Shown piece by piece: positions 1 to 14,198 of a stretch of 64,000 bases of DNA (position 1 is the first letter of the stretch; each line of letters opens with the position of its first letter). The stretch covers positions 2,114 through 66,113 of the forward strand of contig CACHMD010000003.1 in the NCBI GenBank assembly GCA_902580835.1, written 5' to 3'. This DNA comes from an uncultured Pelagibacteraceae bacterium. GTDB lineage: Bacteria > Pseudomonadota > Alphaproteobacteria > Pelagibacterales > Pelagibacteraceae. The notes beneath the pieces are model-generated. The model saw only the letters and a list, made by a program, of their open reading frames with translations. It was not told the origin of the DNA and did no database searches. The position numbers and the translations under genes are program-made.

Positions 1-1145
1 TTGTGATAAACTAAATTTATTGAGCAATTTGGACATCGGAAATTATTGAAACATTTTTTACACAAAACACTTGGGGAAAATCCTCTTCTATTTAGAAAAA
101 ATAAAACTTGATCATTCTTTTTAAGGTGAAAATTTACTTTTTGAATTATCTCTTTAGAAAGCCAAGATTGTTTATCCATTTTTACATTATTCAAATTAAT
201 TATTTCATATTTAGGTAAAGAAGCATTTTGATATCTTCGGACAAGTTTTGAACAAGTGTACTTTTTTTTCTTTATATTTTCGTATGTTTCTATTGATGGA
301 ACAGAGGTGATTAAATTTATCGGAATATTTTCAAATGATGCCCTAGAAATAGCCATATCTCGAGCATTAAATATTATTCCTTCATCTTGTTTGTAAGATT
401 GATCATGCTCTTCATCAACTATTATTAACCCTAAATTTTTAAATGGTAAAAATAAAGATGATCTTGCCCCAATAACAACACTTATTTCACCATTCGTAAT
501 TCCACTCCAAATAATTTCTTTATTTTTTTTTGTTATACCAGAGTGCCAAATTGCTGCTTTGAAACCAAAGAATTCAAAAAATTTTTTTTCAAATTGATTG
601 GTTAAACCAATCTCTGGCAACATTATCAATCCTTGATAACCTTTTTGCAAGATATGCTTTAAAGTTTCAAAATATACAATAGTTTTACCTGATCCAGTCG
701 TTCCCTGTAAAACATGAACATTAAACTTTTTATTCATATTATTCATCTCTTTAAGAGACTCTTTTTGTTCCACATTCAATTCAAATGAATTTTTTTTTAA
801 CTTTAAAGAAAAATCTTTATAAAATTTAATATCAAGTTTTTTTACTGGTCTTCCACTCAATAAAGTTAATTTGAGCGCCATTCCTTTTGGAACAATATTA
901 TATTCTGAAAACCAGTTTAAAAAATTTATTGTTTTTTTTTTTAATTTTGGAATTTCTAACTTTCTGATAATCTTTTTTATCTTAAAAGATTTATTCTCAT
1001 TTTTTTCAAAATTATCCCATACAACTCCAATAATTTTTGTTTTTCCAAAAGGAACCTCAACAAAATCGCCGACATTTAATTTTTGATCGCTTTTGTAGGT
1101 AAAAGGATAGTTAAATATGTTAGGTAAAAGAATCGGAAAATTCAT
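1..1145 (-). CDS. priA: Primosomal protein N' (5' part; runs off the window start)
   Basis: Not in the ORF track. Manual translation from ATG at 1145: MNFPILLPNIFNYPFTY...VEVPFGK..., Walker A HVLQGTTGSGKT (~685-718), GARS motif and DEAH-type box VDEEHD (~400-420). Confidence 0.93.
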   Translation of the reverse strand, partial: MNFPILLPNIFNYPFTYKSDQKLNVGDFVEVPFGKTKIIGVVWDNFEKNENKSFKIKKIIRKLEIPKLKKKTINFLNWFSEYNIVPKGMALKLTLLSGRPVKKLDIKFYKDFSLKLKKNSFELNVEQKESLKEMNNMNKKFNVHVLQGTTGSGKTIVYFETLKHILQKGYQGLIMLPEIGLTNQFEKKFFEFFGFKAAIWHSGITKKNKEIIWSGITNGEISVVIGARSSLFLPFKNLGLIIVDEEHDQSYKQDEGIIFNARDMAISRASFENIPINLITSVPSIETYENIKKKKYTCSKLVRRYQNASLPKYEIINLNNVKMDKQSWLSKEIIQKVNFHLKKNDQVLFFLNRRGFSPSVLCKKCFNNFRCPNCSINLVYH

Positions 1146-1167
1146 ATTTAGATAATATGAAAAATTA

Positions 1168-2568
1168 TTAAGAGTGTATCGCTCTTTTATCTACAGATAA
1201 AGCCGCCTCTTTCACTGCTTCTGAAAAAGTAGGATGGGCATGACAGGTTCTCGCAATATCCTCAGAGCTAGCACCAAATTCCATAGCAATACCAATTTCT
1301 CCAATTAATTCACCAGCATGAGGTCCAATTAAGTGTGCCCCTAGTACTTTATCAGTTTTTTCATCAGCAAGAATTTTTACAAAACCCTCAGTTTCATCAA
1401 TGGCTTTTGCTCTAGAGTTAGCCATAAATGAAAATTTTCCAATTTTATAATTTATTTTCAGTTCTTTTAATTGTTCCTCTGTTTTTCCAATAGAGGCAAC
1501 TTCTGGACTCGTATAAATCACACCAGGAATAGTATCATAGTTAACATGACCTGATTGACCTGCTATATTTTCTGCAACTGCAATTCCCTCATCTTCAGCT
1601 TTATGAGCTAACATAGGACCACTTATTACATCTCCTATCGCATAAATATTATTTTGATTAGTTTTAAAATTTTTGTCTGTTTTTACTCTCTTTTTTTCAT
1701 CTAATTCTACACCAATTTTTTGAAGATTTAGTCCCTCTGTATTTGGCTTTCGACCAACAGATATTAATACTACATCACATTCAAAATCTTTTTTGGTTCC
1801 ATTTTCGTTTAAAGTTGTAACAATTGCATTATTGTTATTCTTTTTAATTTTCTCTACTTTATGCTGCATATGAAAATTGATACCTTGTTTTTTTAGAATT
1901 TTCATAAACTCACTTGAAATCTCTTTATCCATACCTGGTGTGATATGATCTAGAAATTCGACTACATGGACTTCTGAACCAAGTCTAGACCATACAGATC
2001 CCATCTCTAAACCTATGTATCCTCCACCAACTACGACCATTTTTTGGGGGACTTGTTCTAATTTAAGTGCTCCAGTGGACGAAACAATTACTTTTTCATC
2101 AATTTCAACTCCTGGCAATGATACTGGAACTGAACCAGTTGCAATTATAGTATTTTCAGTTTGTAAAATTGTCTCTTTATTATCGTTATCTTTGATTACA
2201 ATATCATTTTTTGATTTGAAACTTCCGGTGCCTTTAAAATAGGTGACTTTGTTTTTTTTAAGAAGAAACTCAACTCCTTTGGTCAAAATCGTAACTGCCT
2301 TGTCCTTATTTTTCATCATTTTTGACAAGTTTAATTTTACCTCACCAATTTCAATTCCTTTATTTGATAAACTTTGTGCGTTATGAAACTCCTCAGATAA
2401 ATTTAATAAACTTTTAGAAGGAATACATCCAACATTCAAACAAGTACCACCTAGTGAACCTCTGGATTCTATACATGCAGTTTTAAGGCCTAATTGTGCC
2501 AATCTTATTGCGCAAACATAACCTCCAGGTCCTCCACCAATTACCACTGCTTGAAATTTATCTGTCAT
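1168..2568 (-). CDS. lpdA: Dihydrolipoyl dehydrogenase (E3)
   Basis: GGGPGGY FAD motif, GGTCLNVGCIPSK redox disulfide, HPTFSEA C-terminus; follows sucB. Confidence 0.98.
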   Translation of the reverse strand: MTDKFQAVVIGGGPGGYVCAIRLAQLGLKTACIESRGSLGGTCLNVGCIPSKSLLNLSEEFHNAQSLSNKGIEIGEVKLNLSKMMKNKDKAVTILTKGVEFLLKKNKVTYFKGTGSFKSKNDIVIKDNDNKETILQTENTIIATGSVPVSLPGVEIDEKVIVSSTGALKLEQVPQKMVVVGGGYIGLEMGSVWSRLGSEVHVVEFLDHITPGMDKEISSEFMKILKKQGINFHMQHKVEKIKKNNNNAIVTTLNENGTKKDFECDVVLISVGRKPNTEGLNLQKIGVELDEKKRVKTDKNFKTNQNNIYAIGDVISGPMLAHKAEDEGIAVAENIAGQSGHVNYDTIPGVIYTSPEVASIGKTEEQLKELKINYKIGKFSFMANSRAKAIDETEGFVKILADEKTDKVLGAHLIGPHAGELIGEIGIAMEFGASSEDIARTCHAHPTFSEAVKEAALSVDKRAIHS

Positions 2569-3855
2569 TTAAATATCCAAAAATAGCCTTCTTGGTTCTT
2601 CTAAATTTTCTTTGATCATTTTTAAAAAGGAAACAGACTCTTTACCATCAACAATTCTATGATCGTATGATAATGCCAAGTACATTATAGGTCTGATCTT
2701 AATTTCTCCATCAACTACGATAGGTCTATCAACTATATTGTGCATACCCAAGACACCTGATTGTGGAAGATTAAGAATAGGGGTTGAAAGCATTGAACCA
2801 TAAACACCTCCATTACTGATGGTGAAAGTTCCCCCTTGAAGGTCTTCAATTGTCAATTTCCCGTTTTTTGCTTTTTCAGAAATTTCTTTTATATTTTTTT
2901 CAATATCTGCAAAAGACAATTCATCTGCATTTTTTAGGACTGGCACGACCAATCCTTTTTCAGTGCCAACTGCAAAACTTATATTATAATAATTTTTATA
3001 AACAATTGTATCACCTTCAATTTCAGCATTTATCGCTGGGAAATTTTTTAATGCTACTATACTTGCTTTAACGAAAAAGGACATGAAACCCAATTTTACA
3101 CCATAGCGATTTTGAAAATCATCTTGATTTTCTTTTCTCATCGCCATTACATTTGACATATCAACTTCATTAAATGTTGTCAGTAGGGCTGCATTATCCT
3201 GTGCTTGTTTTAATCTCTTAGCAATAGTTTGTCTTAACCTGGTCATTTTAATTCTTTCTTCTTGACCGTATTTTATTTTTCTTTCAGATGGAGGAGGATT
3301 GACGCCCATTAAATTTATTAGATCACCTTTTAAAACTCTGCCATCTTTTCCTGAACCTTTGATAGAACTGATATCTATTTTATTTTCAGTTACGATTTTT
3401 CTTACTGCTGGGGACAAAGTTTCATCGATTTTTGTCTCAACTTCTACTTTTAAAGGTTCTACTTCTTTTGTAAGAACTAATGGCTTCTCCTCTTCAATAT
3501 TTTCTTGAAAAACTTCCATCTCCTCATTTTTATCATCTTCGTCTATCAAATTATCTTTATCCACTTTCACAGTAGGTTGTATTTTTTTAATTTCCTGATT
3601 TTCTTTTGATTTGTTCTCGCTCTCTGAAACGAATCCTAAATCAGCACCAACTTCAACGACCGATCCATTTTTTGAATTAATTTTTGTAAGAACACCAGAT
3701 ACTGGAGAAGGAACCTCTAAATTTACTTTGTCAGTTTCTAGCTCAACAAGTGGTTCATCAGCTTCAACAGAGTCACCCTCATTTTTTAACCACTTAGAAA
3801 CAGTGGCCTCTGTGATACTTTCCCCAAGAACTGGAACTAATATCTTTTCACTCAT
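2569..3855 (-). CDS. sucB: 2-oxoglutarate dehydrogenase E2 (dihydrolipoamide succinyltransferase)
   Basis: Lipoyl domain ETDKV, E3-binding [13 protein letters not shown], catalytic DHRIVDG. Confidence 0.97.
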   Translation of the reverse strand: MSEKILVPVLGESITEATVSKWLKNEGDSVEADEPLVELETDKVNLEVPSPVSGVLTKINSKNGSVVEVGADLGFVSESENKSKENQEIKKIQPTVKVDKDNLIDEDDKNEEMEVFQENIEEEKPLVLTKEVEPLKVEVETKIDETLSPAVRKIVTENKIDISSIKGSGKDGRVLKGDLINLMGVNPPPSERKIKYGQEERIKMTRLRQTIAKRLKQAQDNAALLTTFNEVDMSNVMAMRKENQDDFQNRYGVKLGFMSFFVKASIVALKNFPAINAEIEGDTIVYKNYYNISFAVGTEKGLVVPVLKNADELSFADIEKNIKEISEKAKNGKLTIEDLQGGTFTISNGGVYGSMLSTPILNLPQSGVLGMHNIVDRPIVVDGEIKIRPIMYLALSYDHRIVDGKESVSFLKMIKENLEEPRRLFLDI

Positions 3856-3861
3856 TAATAT

Positions 3862-6735
3862 TTATTCAAAAACTTTCTTTATAATTTCTTGTTGTTGAGA
3901 AACGTGTCTCTTGGCATATCCTGTTGCAGGTGATGCATCTGGACTTCTTCCAATATAAGAAATCATACTATTCTTAGCCTTTATATTATCTAATGTCCAT
4001 TGGATATAATCTCTGACTGAAAACCAAGCACCCATATTTTTAGGTTCTTCTTGACACCAATAAAATTTTGCATTTTTTGCATATGGTTTGAGCTCATTAG
4101 CAAGTGCTTTTGCAGGAAAAGGGTAGAGTTGTTCAATCCTATATAACACTACGTTGTTTTTTTTTATTTTTTCTCTTGCTTCAAGTAAATCAAAGTAAAC
4201 TTTTCCAGAACAAAGAATCACTTTTTCAATTTTTTTCGGTTTTTTTAGTTTGATAAATCCTTTTACTTTTGGATCAATAGCGTGATCCCATAAAACTCTA
4301 TGAAATGAATTTTTTTTACTAAAATCATCCAAATTAGAAACACAATGTTTATGACGTAATAAAGATTTAGGTGTCATAATAATCAATGGTTTTCTAAAGT
4401 CTCTATGCATTTGTCTCCTTAAAGCATGGAAATAATTTGCAGGAGTTGTGCAATTCATGACTTGCATATTATCATTTGAACATAATTGTAAAAACCTTTC
4501 TAACCTAGCTGATGAATGTTCAGGTCCTTGACCCTCATATCCATGTGGCAACAACATTACTAGACCAGACGCTCTTGACCACTTTCGTTCACCAGAAGCT
4601 ATGAATTGATCGATAACTACTTGTGCACCATTAGCAAAATCTCCAAATTGAGCCTCCCAGATAGTAAGAGTATTAGGTTCAACTAAACTATATCCATATT
4701 CAAACCCTAAAACAGCTAATTCTGATAAAAAACTATCTACTATTTCAAAATTTTTTTGTTTATCAGAAATATTATTTAAAGGGATATATCTCGAATTATC
4801 TATTTGATTTCTTAAAACAGAATGTCTTTGACTAAATGTTCCTCTTCCTGAATCTTGACCTACAAGTCTTACTGGATAACCCTCCTCCAACAGTGAACCA
4901 AAAGCTAAAGACTCTGCGGTAGACCAGTCTATGCCTTTGCCATTAGAAACTGAAATTCTACGATTCTCTAGAATTTTTGTAATTGTTTTGTGAATATTTA
5001 TTTCAGTCGGTATTGTATTTATTTTATCGGAAATATTTCTTAATTTTTTGGTGTCAGAACCTGTTACTCCTCTTTTATCTTTTCCTCGCTCTGGTCTATA
5101 TCTTGACCAGGTTCCCTCAAACCACTCTATTTTTGGTTTATAATTTTTTGCATTTTTAAATTGATCATCTAAAAGATCTTTAAATTTTTTTATAGAATTT
5201 TTTAAATAATCATTTGTAATTGATCCTTCACTTACCAGTTTTTCACCATAAACTTTAATAGTTGAGGGATGAGATCTTATCTTTTTATACATTAAAGGCT
5301 GAGTAAATGAAGGCTCATCACCCTCATTATGTCCAAATCTTCTGTAGCAAATTAAATCAATGACAACATCTCTATTAAATTTTAATCTAAAGTCTGTTGC
5401 AATTCTTGCTGCGTAAACAACTGCTTCCGGATCGTCACCATTAACATGAATAATTGGAGCTTCAACCATTTTAGCTATATCAGATGGATATGGTGAAGAT
5501 CTCGCAAATCTTGGGCTTGTTGTAAAACCTATTTGATTGTTTACGATAATATGAATTGTGCCACCAGTGTTATGTCCTGGAAGACCAGACATTGCAAAGC
5601 ATTCAGCAACTACTCCTTGTCCAGCAAAGGCTGCATCTCCATGAATAAGAATCGGAATTACTTTTTTTCTCTCTTTATCTTTATGAAAAAATTGTTTTGC
5701 TCTAGTTTGACCTAAAACGACTGGATTGACTGCTTCTAAATGTGAAGGATTATCTGTCAAACTCACATGAACTGAATTTCCATCAAACTCTCTATTAGAT
5801 GAAGCACCTAAATGATATTTAACATCTCCAGTATCATCTTTAGACTTTGAACTTATTTCTCCTGCAAACTCATTAAATATTCTTTTGTAAGATTTTTGAA
5901 GAACATTAGCTAATACATTTAGTCGACCTCTATGAGACATCCCGATTTTAACTTCTTTAATATTTGACTGACCACCAATTTTAATTATTTGTTCAAGTGC
6001 AGGAATTAAGCTTTCACCGCCATCAAGACCAAATCTTTTAGTCCCAACATATTTTGTATGAAGAAATTTTTCAAAACCCTCAGCTTGAATCAGTTTGTTA
6101 AGAATTGCCTCTTTGCCATTTTGTGTAAAATTAAAATCATCTGCCTTTTCAACACGATCTCTAAACCACTTTCTCTCAGTAGGATTTGAAATATGCATAT
6201 ATTCATAACCTAAAGAACCACAATACTTTTCTTTTAAGAATTTTAATATTTCATTAATATTTGAGTATTGCTTATTAGTGACATTGTCTAAGAAAATTTT
6301 CTTTTGATAATCTTCTTTTTTAAATCCATAAGACTCTGGATGAAGTTCCTCTAAATAATCTGATTTTAACAATCCTAATGGATCAAGCTTTGCAATTAGA
6401 TGACCTCTTTGTCTATATGACCTAATCATCGCTACAGCTTTAATTGAATTTGTATTTGATTTAATTATATCATCATTATTTTGTTCTGTGGTTTGATTTT
6501 CAAAATTTTCCTTTTTATTTATTGAAACTTTCTTAGAAGGACTCCACGAAGGACCATTGATTTCATTTACAATTATATCGTCTTCATCTCCAACTTCTTT
6601 AAAATATTTTCTCCAGCTATCAGGTAATTCAGGGTCGTTGTTTACAAATTTTAAGTACATTTCTTCGATGAAAGCGCTGTTTGATTTATTGAGAAAGGCT
6701 GTTTTTTTAAATTCTAAATTTTTAGAGGAAGACAT
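3862..6735 (-). CDS. sucA: 2-oxoglutarate dehydrogenase E1
   Basis: HGDAAFAGQG TPP motif, GDVKYHLG, WEAQFGDF, GQGPEHSSAR. Confidence 0.98.
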   Translation of the reverse strand: MSSSKNLEFKKTAFLNKSNSAFIEEMYLKFVNNDPELPDSWRKYFKEVGDEDDIIVNEINGPSWSPSKKVSINKKENFENQTTEQNNDDIIKSNTNSIKAVAMIRSYRQRGHLIAKLDPLGLLKSDYLEELHPESYGFKKEDYQKKIFLDNVTNKQYSNINEILKFLKEKYCGSLGYEYMHISNPTERKWFRDRVEKADDFNFTQNGKEAILNKLIQAEGFEKFLHTKYVGTKRFGLDGGESLIPALEQIIKIGGQSNIKEVKIGMSHRGRLNVLANVLQKSYKRIFNEFAGEISSKSKDDTGDVKYHLGASSNREFDGNSVHVSLTDNPSHLEAVNPVVLGQTRAKQFFHKDKERKKVIPILIHGDAAFAGQGVVAECFAMSGLPGHNTGGTIHIIVNNQIGFTTSPRFARSSPYPSDIAKMVEAPIIHVNGDDPEAVVYAARIATDFRLKFNRDVVIDLICYRRFGHNEGDEPSFTQPLMYKKIRSHPSTIKVYGEKLVSEGSITNDYLKNSIKKFKDLLDDQFKNAKNYKPKIEWFEGTWSRYRPERGKDKRGVTGSDTKKLRNISDKINTIPTEINIHKTITKILENRRISVSNGKGIDWSTAESLAFGSLLEEGYPVRLVGQDSGRGTFSQRHSVLRNQIDNSRYIPLNNISDKQKNFEIVDSFLSELAVLGFEYGYSLVEPNTLTIWEAQFGDFANGAQVVIDQFIASGERKWSRASGLVMLLPHGYEGQGPEHSSARLERFLQLCSNDNMQVMNCTTPANYFHALRRQMHRDFRKPLIIMTPKSLLRHKHCVSNLDDFSKKNSFHRVLWDHAIDPKVKGFIKLKKPKKIEKVILCSGKVYFDLLEAREKIKKNNVVLYRIEQLYPFPAKALANELKPYAKNAKFYWCQEEPKNMGAWFSVRDYIQWTLDNIKAKNSMISYIGRSPDASPATGYAKRHVSQQQEIIKKVFE

Positions 6736-6770
6736 TATGTTTAATCAATATAAACTGACTAAGAAATTTT

Positions 6771-7645
6771 TCAATCAGACAATTTATCGAATAGTGTTTT
6801 TCCAATTTTGGACGGAGAATTCGCCATTGTTATTCCACAATCTTCCATCTTTTTAATCTTATCTTTAGCGCCACCTTTGCCCCCAGAAATAATTGCACCA
6901 GCATGGCCCATTCTACGACCTGGTGGTGCTGTAATACCCGCTATAAAGCCAACTATTGGTTTTTTTATTTTGTGATTTTGAATAAATTCTGCTGCTTCTT
7001 CCTCAGCTGTACCTCCGATTTCTCCTATCATTAAAATAGACTCTGTTTCATCATCATTTAAAAATAAATCTAAACAATCAATAAAATTGGTGCCATTTAT
7101 TGGATCTCCACCAATACCTATACAAGTAGATTGACCTAATCCATTTTCTGTAGTTTGAGCAACTGCCTCATAGGTTAAAGTCCCAGATCTAGAGACAATA
7201 CCAACTGAACCTTTTTTGTGGATATTGCCTGGCATAATACCAATTTTACATTCATCAGGAGTTATTATTCCTGGACAATTAGGTCCAATTAATCTTGAAT
7301 TTGATTTTAGTAATTTCTGTTTAACTCTCAACATATCTTGAATTGGGATTCCTTCAGTAATGCAAACAATTAACTCGATTGATGCCTCTATTGCCTCAAT
7401 GATTGCTGCAGCAGCAAACTTCGCTGGCACATATATCATCGTGGCGTTGGCACCCTCAGAGTTTTTAGCCTCTTTAACTGTATTAAAAACTGGTAATCCT
7501 AAATGTTTTTGTCCTCCTTTTTTAGGAGTGACTCCACCTACTAATTTTGTTCCATATTTAATTGCTTGCTCAGAGTGAAATGTTCCATGTGAACCAGTAA
7601 AACCCTGACAAATTAACCTAGTTTCTTTATTTATAAGAACTGACA

Positions 7646-7646
<1 letters not shown>
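6771..7646 (-). CDS. sucD: Succinyl-CoA synthetase alpha subunit
   Basis: [26 protein letters not shown] phospho-His motif. Confidence 0.98.
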
Positions 7647-9786
<2,140 letters not shown>

Positions 9787-11280
9787 TTATTTCATTGTAG
9801 GCATCACAAATTCTGCATTTGACCTGATGCCTGAAGGCCATCTTGAAGTTATTGTTTTTAATTTTGTATAAAATTTTATACCCTCCATACCATGCATTGC
9901 ACTATCTCCAAATAAAGATCTTTTCCATCCACCAAAACTGTGAAAGGCCATTGGTACAGGAATTGGCACATTAATACCTACCATTCCAACCTGAATCTTA
10001 CTCGCAAAAGTTCTTCCAGCATCTCCATCTCTTGTGTAAATGCTCACCCCATTTCCATATTCATGATCATTTATTAAATTTGCTGCATCCTCAAAAGTTT
10101 TTACTCGAACCACAGATAATACTGGTCCAAATATTTCCTCTTTATAGATTCTCATTTCTTTTTTAACATGGTCGAATAAACAGCCACCAATATAAAAACC
10201 ATTTTCATATCCTTGTAATTTTAGGCTTCTGCCATCTACAACAAGCTTAGCTCCCTCTTTTACTCCTAAATCTACATATCCTCTTACTTTTTCTAAATGC
10301 TCTTTTGTTACTAAAGGTCCCATTTCAGAATTTTTATCCATTCCCGGTCCTACTTTTAAAGCTTCTGCTTTTTTTGAAAGTCTTGAAACAAGTTCATCAC
10401 CTATATCTCCAACTGCTACCGCAACTGATTGTGCCATACATCTTTCTCCTGCAGACCCGTATGCAGCTCCCATTAAACCATTTACCGCACCATCTAAATC
10501 ACAATCAGGCATTACTACCAGATGATTTTTAGCACCCCCTAAAGCTTGAACTCTTTTTTCATTCTTGGCTGAATTCTCATAAATATATTTTGCAATTGGA
10601 GTAGAACCAACAAAACTTACTGCCTTTATATCTGGGTTTGTTAAAATAGCATCAACAGCCTCTTTATCTCCATTGATTACATTAAAAACGCCATCGGGTA
10701 AACCTGCCTCTTTTAAAAGTTCAGCTAATTTAATGGAACAAGAGGGATCTTTTTCAGATGGCTTCAATATAAAAGTATTTCCACAAGCAATTGCAATTGG
10801 AAACATCCACATCGGTACCATTGCTGGAAAATTAAAAGGTGTTATACCTGCAACTACACCTAATGGCTGTCGCATAGACCAGCTATCAACATTTGTGCCA
10901 ACATTTTCTGAAAATTCACCTTTCAGCAAATGAGGAATACCACAAGCAAATTCAACAACTTCTAAGCCCCGAGTAAGTGAACCTTTTGCGTCCTCATAAA
11001 CCTTTCCATGTTCATTCACGATTAGTTGTGTGAGTTCATCTGAATTTTTTTCAATAAGTTCCTTGAATTTAAACATGACTCTAGCTCTAACTAAAGAAGG
11101 TTTTACTGACCATTCTTGAAAAGCTTTTTTTGCTACTTCTACTGCACTATCCAAATCTTTTTTAGACGCGATTCTTACTTCTTTTTCTTGATCACCAGTT
11201 GCTGGATTAAAAACTTTACCCTTTTTATTTGATGTTCCGGGAATTATTTTTCCACCTACAAAATGTTCAATTAATTTCAT
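9787..11280 (-). CDS. mmsA: CoA-acylating methylmalonate/malonate-semialdehyde dehydrogenase
   Basis: ITPFNFPAMVPMWMFP, GGAKNH, GSAGERCMA catalytic Cys, INVPIPVP. Confidence 0.93.
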   Translation of the reverse strand: MKLIEHFVGGKIIPGTSNKKGKVFNPATGDQEKEVRIASKKDLDSAVEVAKKAFQEWSVKPSLVRARVMFKFKELIEKNSDELTQLIVNEHGKVYEDAKGSLTRGLEVVEFACGIPHLLKGEFSENVGTNVDSWSMRQPLGVVAGITPFNFPAMVPMWMFPIAIACGNTFILKPSEKDPSCSIKLAELLKEAGLPDGVFNVINGDKEAVDAILTNPDIKAVSFVGSTPIAKYIYENSAKNEKRVQALGGAKNHLVVMPDCDLDGAVNGLMGAAYGSAGERCMAQSVAVAVGDIGDELVSRLSKKAEALKVGPGMDKNSEMGPLVTKEHLEKVRGYVDLGVKEGAKLVVDGRSLKLQGYENGFYIGGCLFDHVKKEMRIYKEEIFGPVLSVVRVKTFEDAANLINDHEYGNGVSIYTRDGDAGRTFASKIQVGMVGINVPIPVPMAFHSFGGWKRSLFGDSAMHGMEGIKFYTKLKTITSRWPSGIRSNAEFVMPTMK

Positions 11281-11322
11281 GAATAGGATCTTTTAGATTA
11301 AAAATTGTTATTAGTCTATTGT

Positions 11323-12105
11323 TTAAATATTAGCTGTTGCTAACATTTTTTTTATTTCAGCAATTGCTTTTGCAGGATTTAAACCTTTTGGACAAGCGCT
11401 AGTACAGTTTAAAATTGTGTGACACCTATAAAGTTTAAGTTCATCTGCCACCTTTTTTAATCTTGAATTTCTCTCTTCATCTCTACTATCTATGATCCAT
11501 CGATATGCTTGTAAAAGTACTGCTGGTCCTAGATATTTATCACCATTCCACCAATAACTTGGGCAAGAAGTTGAACAACACGCACACATTATACATTCAT
11601 ATGCGCCATCTAGTTTAGCTCTATCTTCTTTAGATTGAAAAATTTCTTTAGTTTCTGACTTTGAATTTGATTTTAACCATGGCTCAATTGATTGATATTG
11701 TTTATATAAACCATCCAAGTCGCCTATTAGATCTTTTTTGACCTTAAGGTGTGGTAATGGGTAGATATTGATATCACCATCTATTTCTTTGTGGGGAGTT
11801 GTACAGGCAAGGCCATTTTTTCCATCCATATTCATTGCACACGAACCACAAACTCCATGAGCACAAGATCTTCTATAAGCCAAAGTCGGATCTATTTCAT
11901 TTTTAATTTTATTCAAAATATCTAAAACTTTTGAGGGACAATTATCCATATCAACTTCATAGGTATCAATTCTAGGATTTTCCTCTGTAGACGGGTCCCA
12001 TCTATAAACATTTACTTTTCTAAGATTTTTTGAACCAGTTTTATCCTTAAAATATTTACCTTTTTTTACTTTGGAGTTGTCAGGTAAACCTATTTGAGCC
12101 ATCAA
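11323..12105 (-). CDS. sdhB: Succinate dehydrogenase iron-sulfur subunit
   Basis: [36 protein letters not shown] Fe-S motifs. Confidence 0.98.
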   Translation of the reverse strand: MMAQIGLPDNSKVKKGKYFKDKTGSKNLRKVNVYRWDPSTEENPRIDTYEVDMDNCPSKVLDILNKIKNEIDPTLAYRRSCAHGVCGSCAMNMDGKNGLACTTPHKEIDGDINIYPLPHLKVKKDLIGDLDGLYKQYQSIEPWLKSNSKSETKEIFQSKEDRAKLDGAYECIMCACCSTSCPSYWWNGDKYLGPAVLLQAYRWIIDSRDEERNSRLKKVADELKLYRCHTILNCTSACPKGLNPAKAIAEIKKMLATANI

Positions 12106-13877
12106 TAAACTCTCTCCTGAGGTGGAAAATATTGCACTTCATTAGTCAATGTTGATCTATGAACTTCTCTATAACTAATTTTTGTATCTTTTCCGTCACA
12201 CCAGGCAAGAGTATGTTGCATAAATTTATTATCATCTCTTTTTGGAAAGTCCTCTCTCGCATGTGCTCCTCGACTTTCCTTTCTGTTATAGGCTGAATCA
12301 ACTGTTACTACAGCTTGTCTTATTAAATTATCAAATTCTAAAGTTTCAACTAAATCAGTATTAAAAATTAAAGATTTATCTTTAACTGATAAAGAGTCTA
12401 GCCCATCATAAGTTTTTCTTATTTCATTAACACCTTCTTTAAGAGTTTTTTCAGTTCTAAAAACAGCACACTTGGACTGCATAGTTTTCTGCATTGATAA
12501 CCTTAGTTCAGCTGTTCCAATGTCACCCTGTGAATTTCTTATTTTATCAAAACGATCTAAGCATTTTTGGGTTTCTGTTTCACTGATTTCCTCGTGTGGA
12601 GTTCCTGGTTTTATTAGCTCTGCTGCACGTTTAGCAGCTGCTCTACCAAAAACAACTAAATCAATTAATGAGTTTGAACCAAGTCTGTTTGCGCCATGAA
12701 CTGAAACACACGCTGCTTCACCTATTGCCATTAAACCTGGAACAGTTTTTTCTGAACCATTTACAGTTAATACTTCTGCTTTATAATTTGTTGGAATTCC
12801 ACCCATATTATAATGTACTGTTGGAACAACCGGAATTGGTTCTTTGGTGACATCTACATTAGCAAATAACCTTGCAGCATCAGTTATACCAGGTAATCTA
12901 CTTTCGATAATATCCTTATCTAAGTGACTTAAATTAAGATGAACATGATCTTGATCTTTTCCAACTCCTCTTCCTTCATTAATCTCAATTGACATTGATC
13001 TACTCACAACATCTCTTGATGCTAAATCTTTTGCTTTAGGGGCATATCTTTCCATAAATCTTTCACCCTTAGAATTTGTAAGATATCCTCCTTCACCTCT
13101 TGCGCCCTCTGTGATCAATGTGCCATGACCATAAATTCCTGTTGGATGAAATTGAACAAATTCCATATCTTGCAATGGTAAACCTGCTCTTAATACCATC
13201 GCATTACCATCACCCGTACAAGTATGGGCTGATGTTGCAGAATAATATACTTTTCCATAACCACCTGTTGCAATTATAACAGTGTGAGCTCTAAATCTAT
13301 GAATAGTTCCATCATTTAAATTCCAAGCAATTAGACCTTTGCAGGCTCCATCTTTCATTAATAAATCTAATGCAAAATACTCAATAAAAAATTCTGTATT
13401 ATGTTTTAAAGCTTGTCCGTACAAAGTATGTAAAATTGCATGACCTGTTCTATCAGCGGCTGCACAAGTTCTTTGTACAATTCCATTGCCGTAATTTTTG
13501 GTCATACCACCAAATGGTCTTTGATAAATTTTTCCATCTTCAGTTCTGCTAAATGGAACACCATATTTTTCTAGCTCTATTACAGCCTTTGGTGCCTCCT
13601 TACAGAGATATTCAATACTATCCTGATCACCTAACCAATCAGCTCCTTTAACTGTATCGTACATATGCCAACGCCAATCATCCTCACCCATATTTCCTAA
13701 AGCAGCGGAAATACCACCTTGCGCTGCAGAGGTGTGACTTCTGGTTGGAAAGACTTTTGAAATACAAGCTGTTTTTAAACCAGCCTCACTTAAACCAACC
13801 GCGGCCCTTAGACCAGAACCACCTGCTCCCAAGACTACCACATCGTATTCATGATCGATTATTTTGTAAGAACTCAT
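12102..13877 (-). CDS. sdhA: Succinate dehydrogenase flavoprotein subunit
   Basis: [13 protein letters not shown]-His, [23 protein letters not shown]. Confidence 0.98.
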   Translation of the reverse strand: MSSYKIIDHEYDVVVLGAGGSGLRAAVGLSEAGLKTACISKVFPTRSHTSAAQGGISAALGNMGEDDWRWHMYDTVKGADWLGDQDSIEYLCKEAPKAVIELEKYGVPFSRTEDGKIYQRPFGGMTKNYGNGIVQRTCAAADRTGHAILHTLYGQALKHNTEFFIEYFALDLLMKDGACKGLIAWNLNDGTIHRFRAHTVIIATGGYGKVYYSATSAHTCTGDGNAMVLRAGLPLQDMEFVQFHPTGIYGHGTLITEGARGEGGYLTNSKGERFMERYAPKAKDLASRDVVSRSMSIEINEGRGVGKDQDHVHLNLSHLDKDIIESRLPGITDAARLFANVDVTKEPIPVVPTVHYNMGGIPTNYKAEVLTVNGSEKTVPGLMAIGEAACVSVHGANRLGSNSLIDLVVFGRAAAKRAAELIKPGTPHEEISETETQKCLDRFDKIRNSQGDIGTAELRLSMQKTMQSKCAVFRTEKTLKEGVNEIRKTYDGLDSLSVKDKSLIFNTDLVETLEFDNLIRQAVVTVDSAYNRKESRGAHAREDFPKRDDNKFMQHTLAWCDGKDTKISYREVHRSTLTNEVQYFPPQERVY

Positions 13878-14197
13878 AAGTTAATTAATAATATAATTGT
13901 AATTAATGGAATTACCACAGCTGATACGTACAAAAAACCATTTGCGACATTTTTGATTTTATAATCTTTTATATAATCCTCAAAAACCTCACTAATACTT
14001 AATGCTGAAAAGAAATATGCAGTAATAATAAATAAGCTAAATAAAAACTTAGATAATGGATTCGTAAAAAATTCCAATACTTCTGAATAGCTCTGATCAT
14101 AAATACTTATAAAACTTAGAATAAACCAGGCCATTAATGGAACTAATATTGCTCCACTAATTTTTAAAAAAATCCATTTTTTTGTTGCAGCAATCAT
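13874..14197 (-). CDS. sdhD: Succinate dehydrogenase hydrophobic anchor subunit
   Basis: Three hydrophobic segments and an EDY motif; lies between sdhC and sdhA. Start moved to the ATG at 14197 just after the sdhC stop (track start is 14218). Confidence 0.85.
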   Translation of the reverse strand: MIAATKKWIFLKISGAILVPLMAWFILSFISIYDQSYSEVLEFFTNPLSKFLFSLFIITAYFFSALSISEVFEDYIKDYKIKNVANGFLYVSAVVIPLITIILLINL

Positions 14198-14198
14198 T

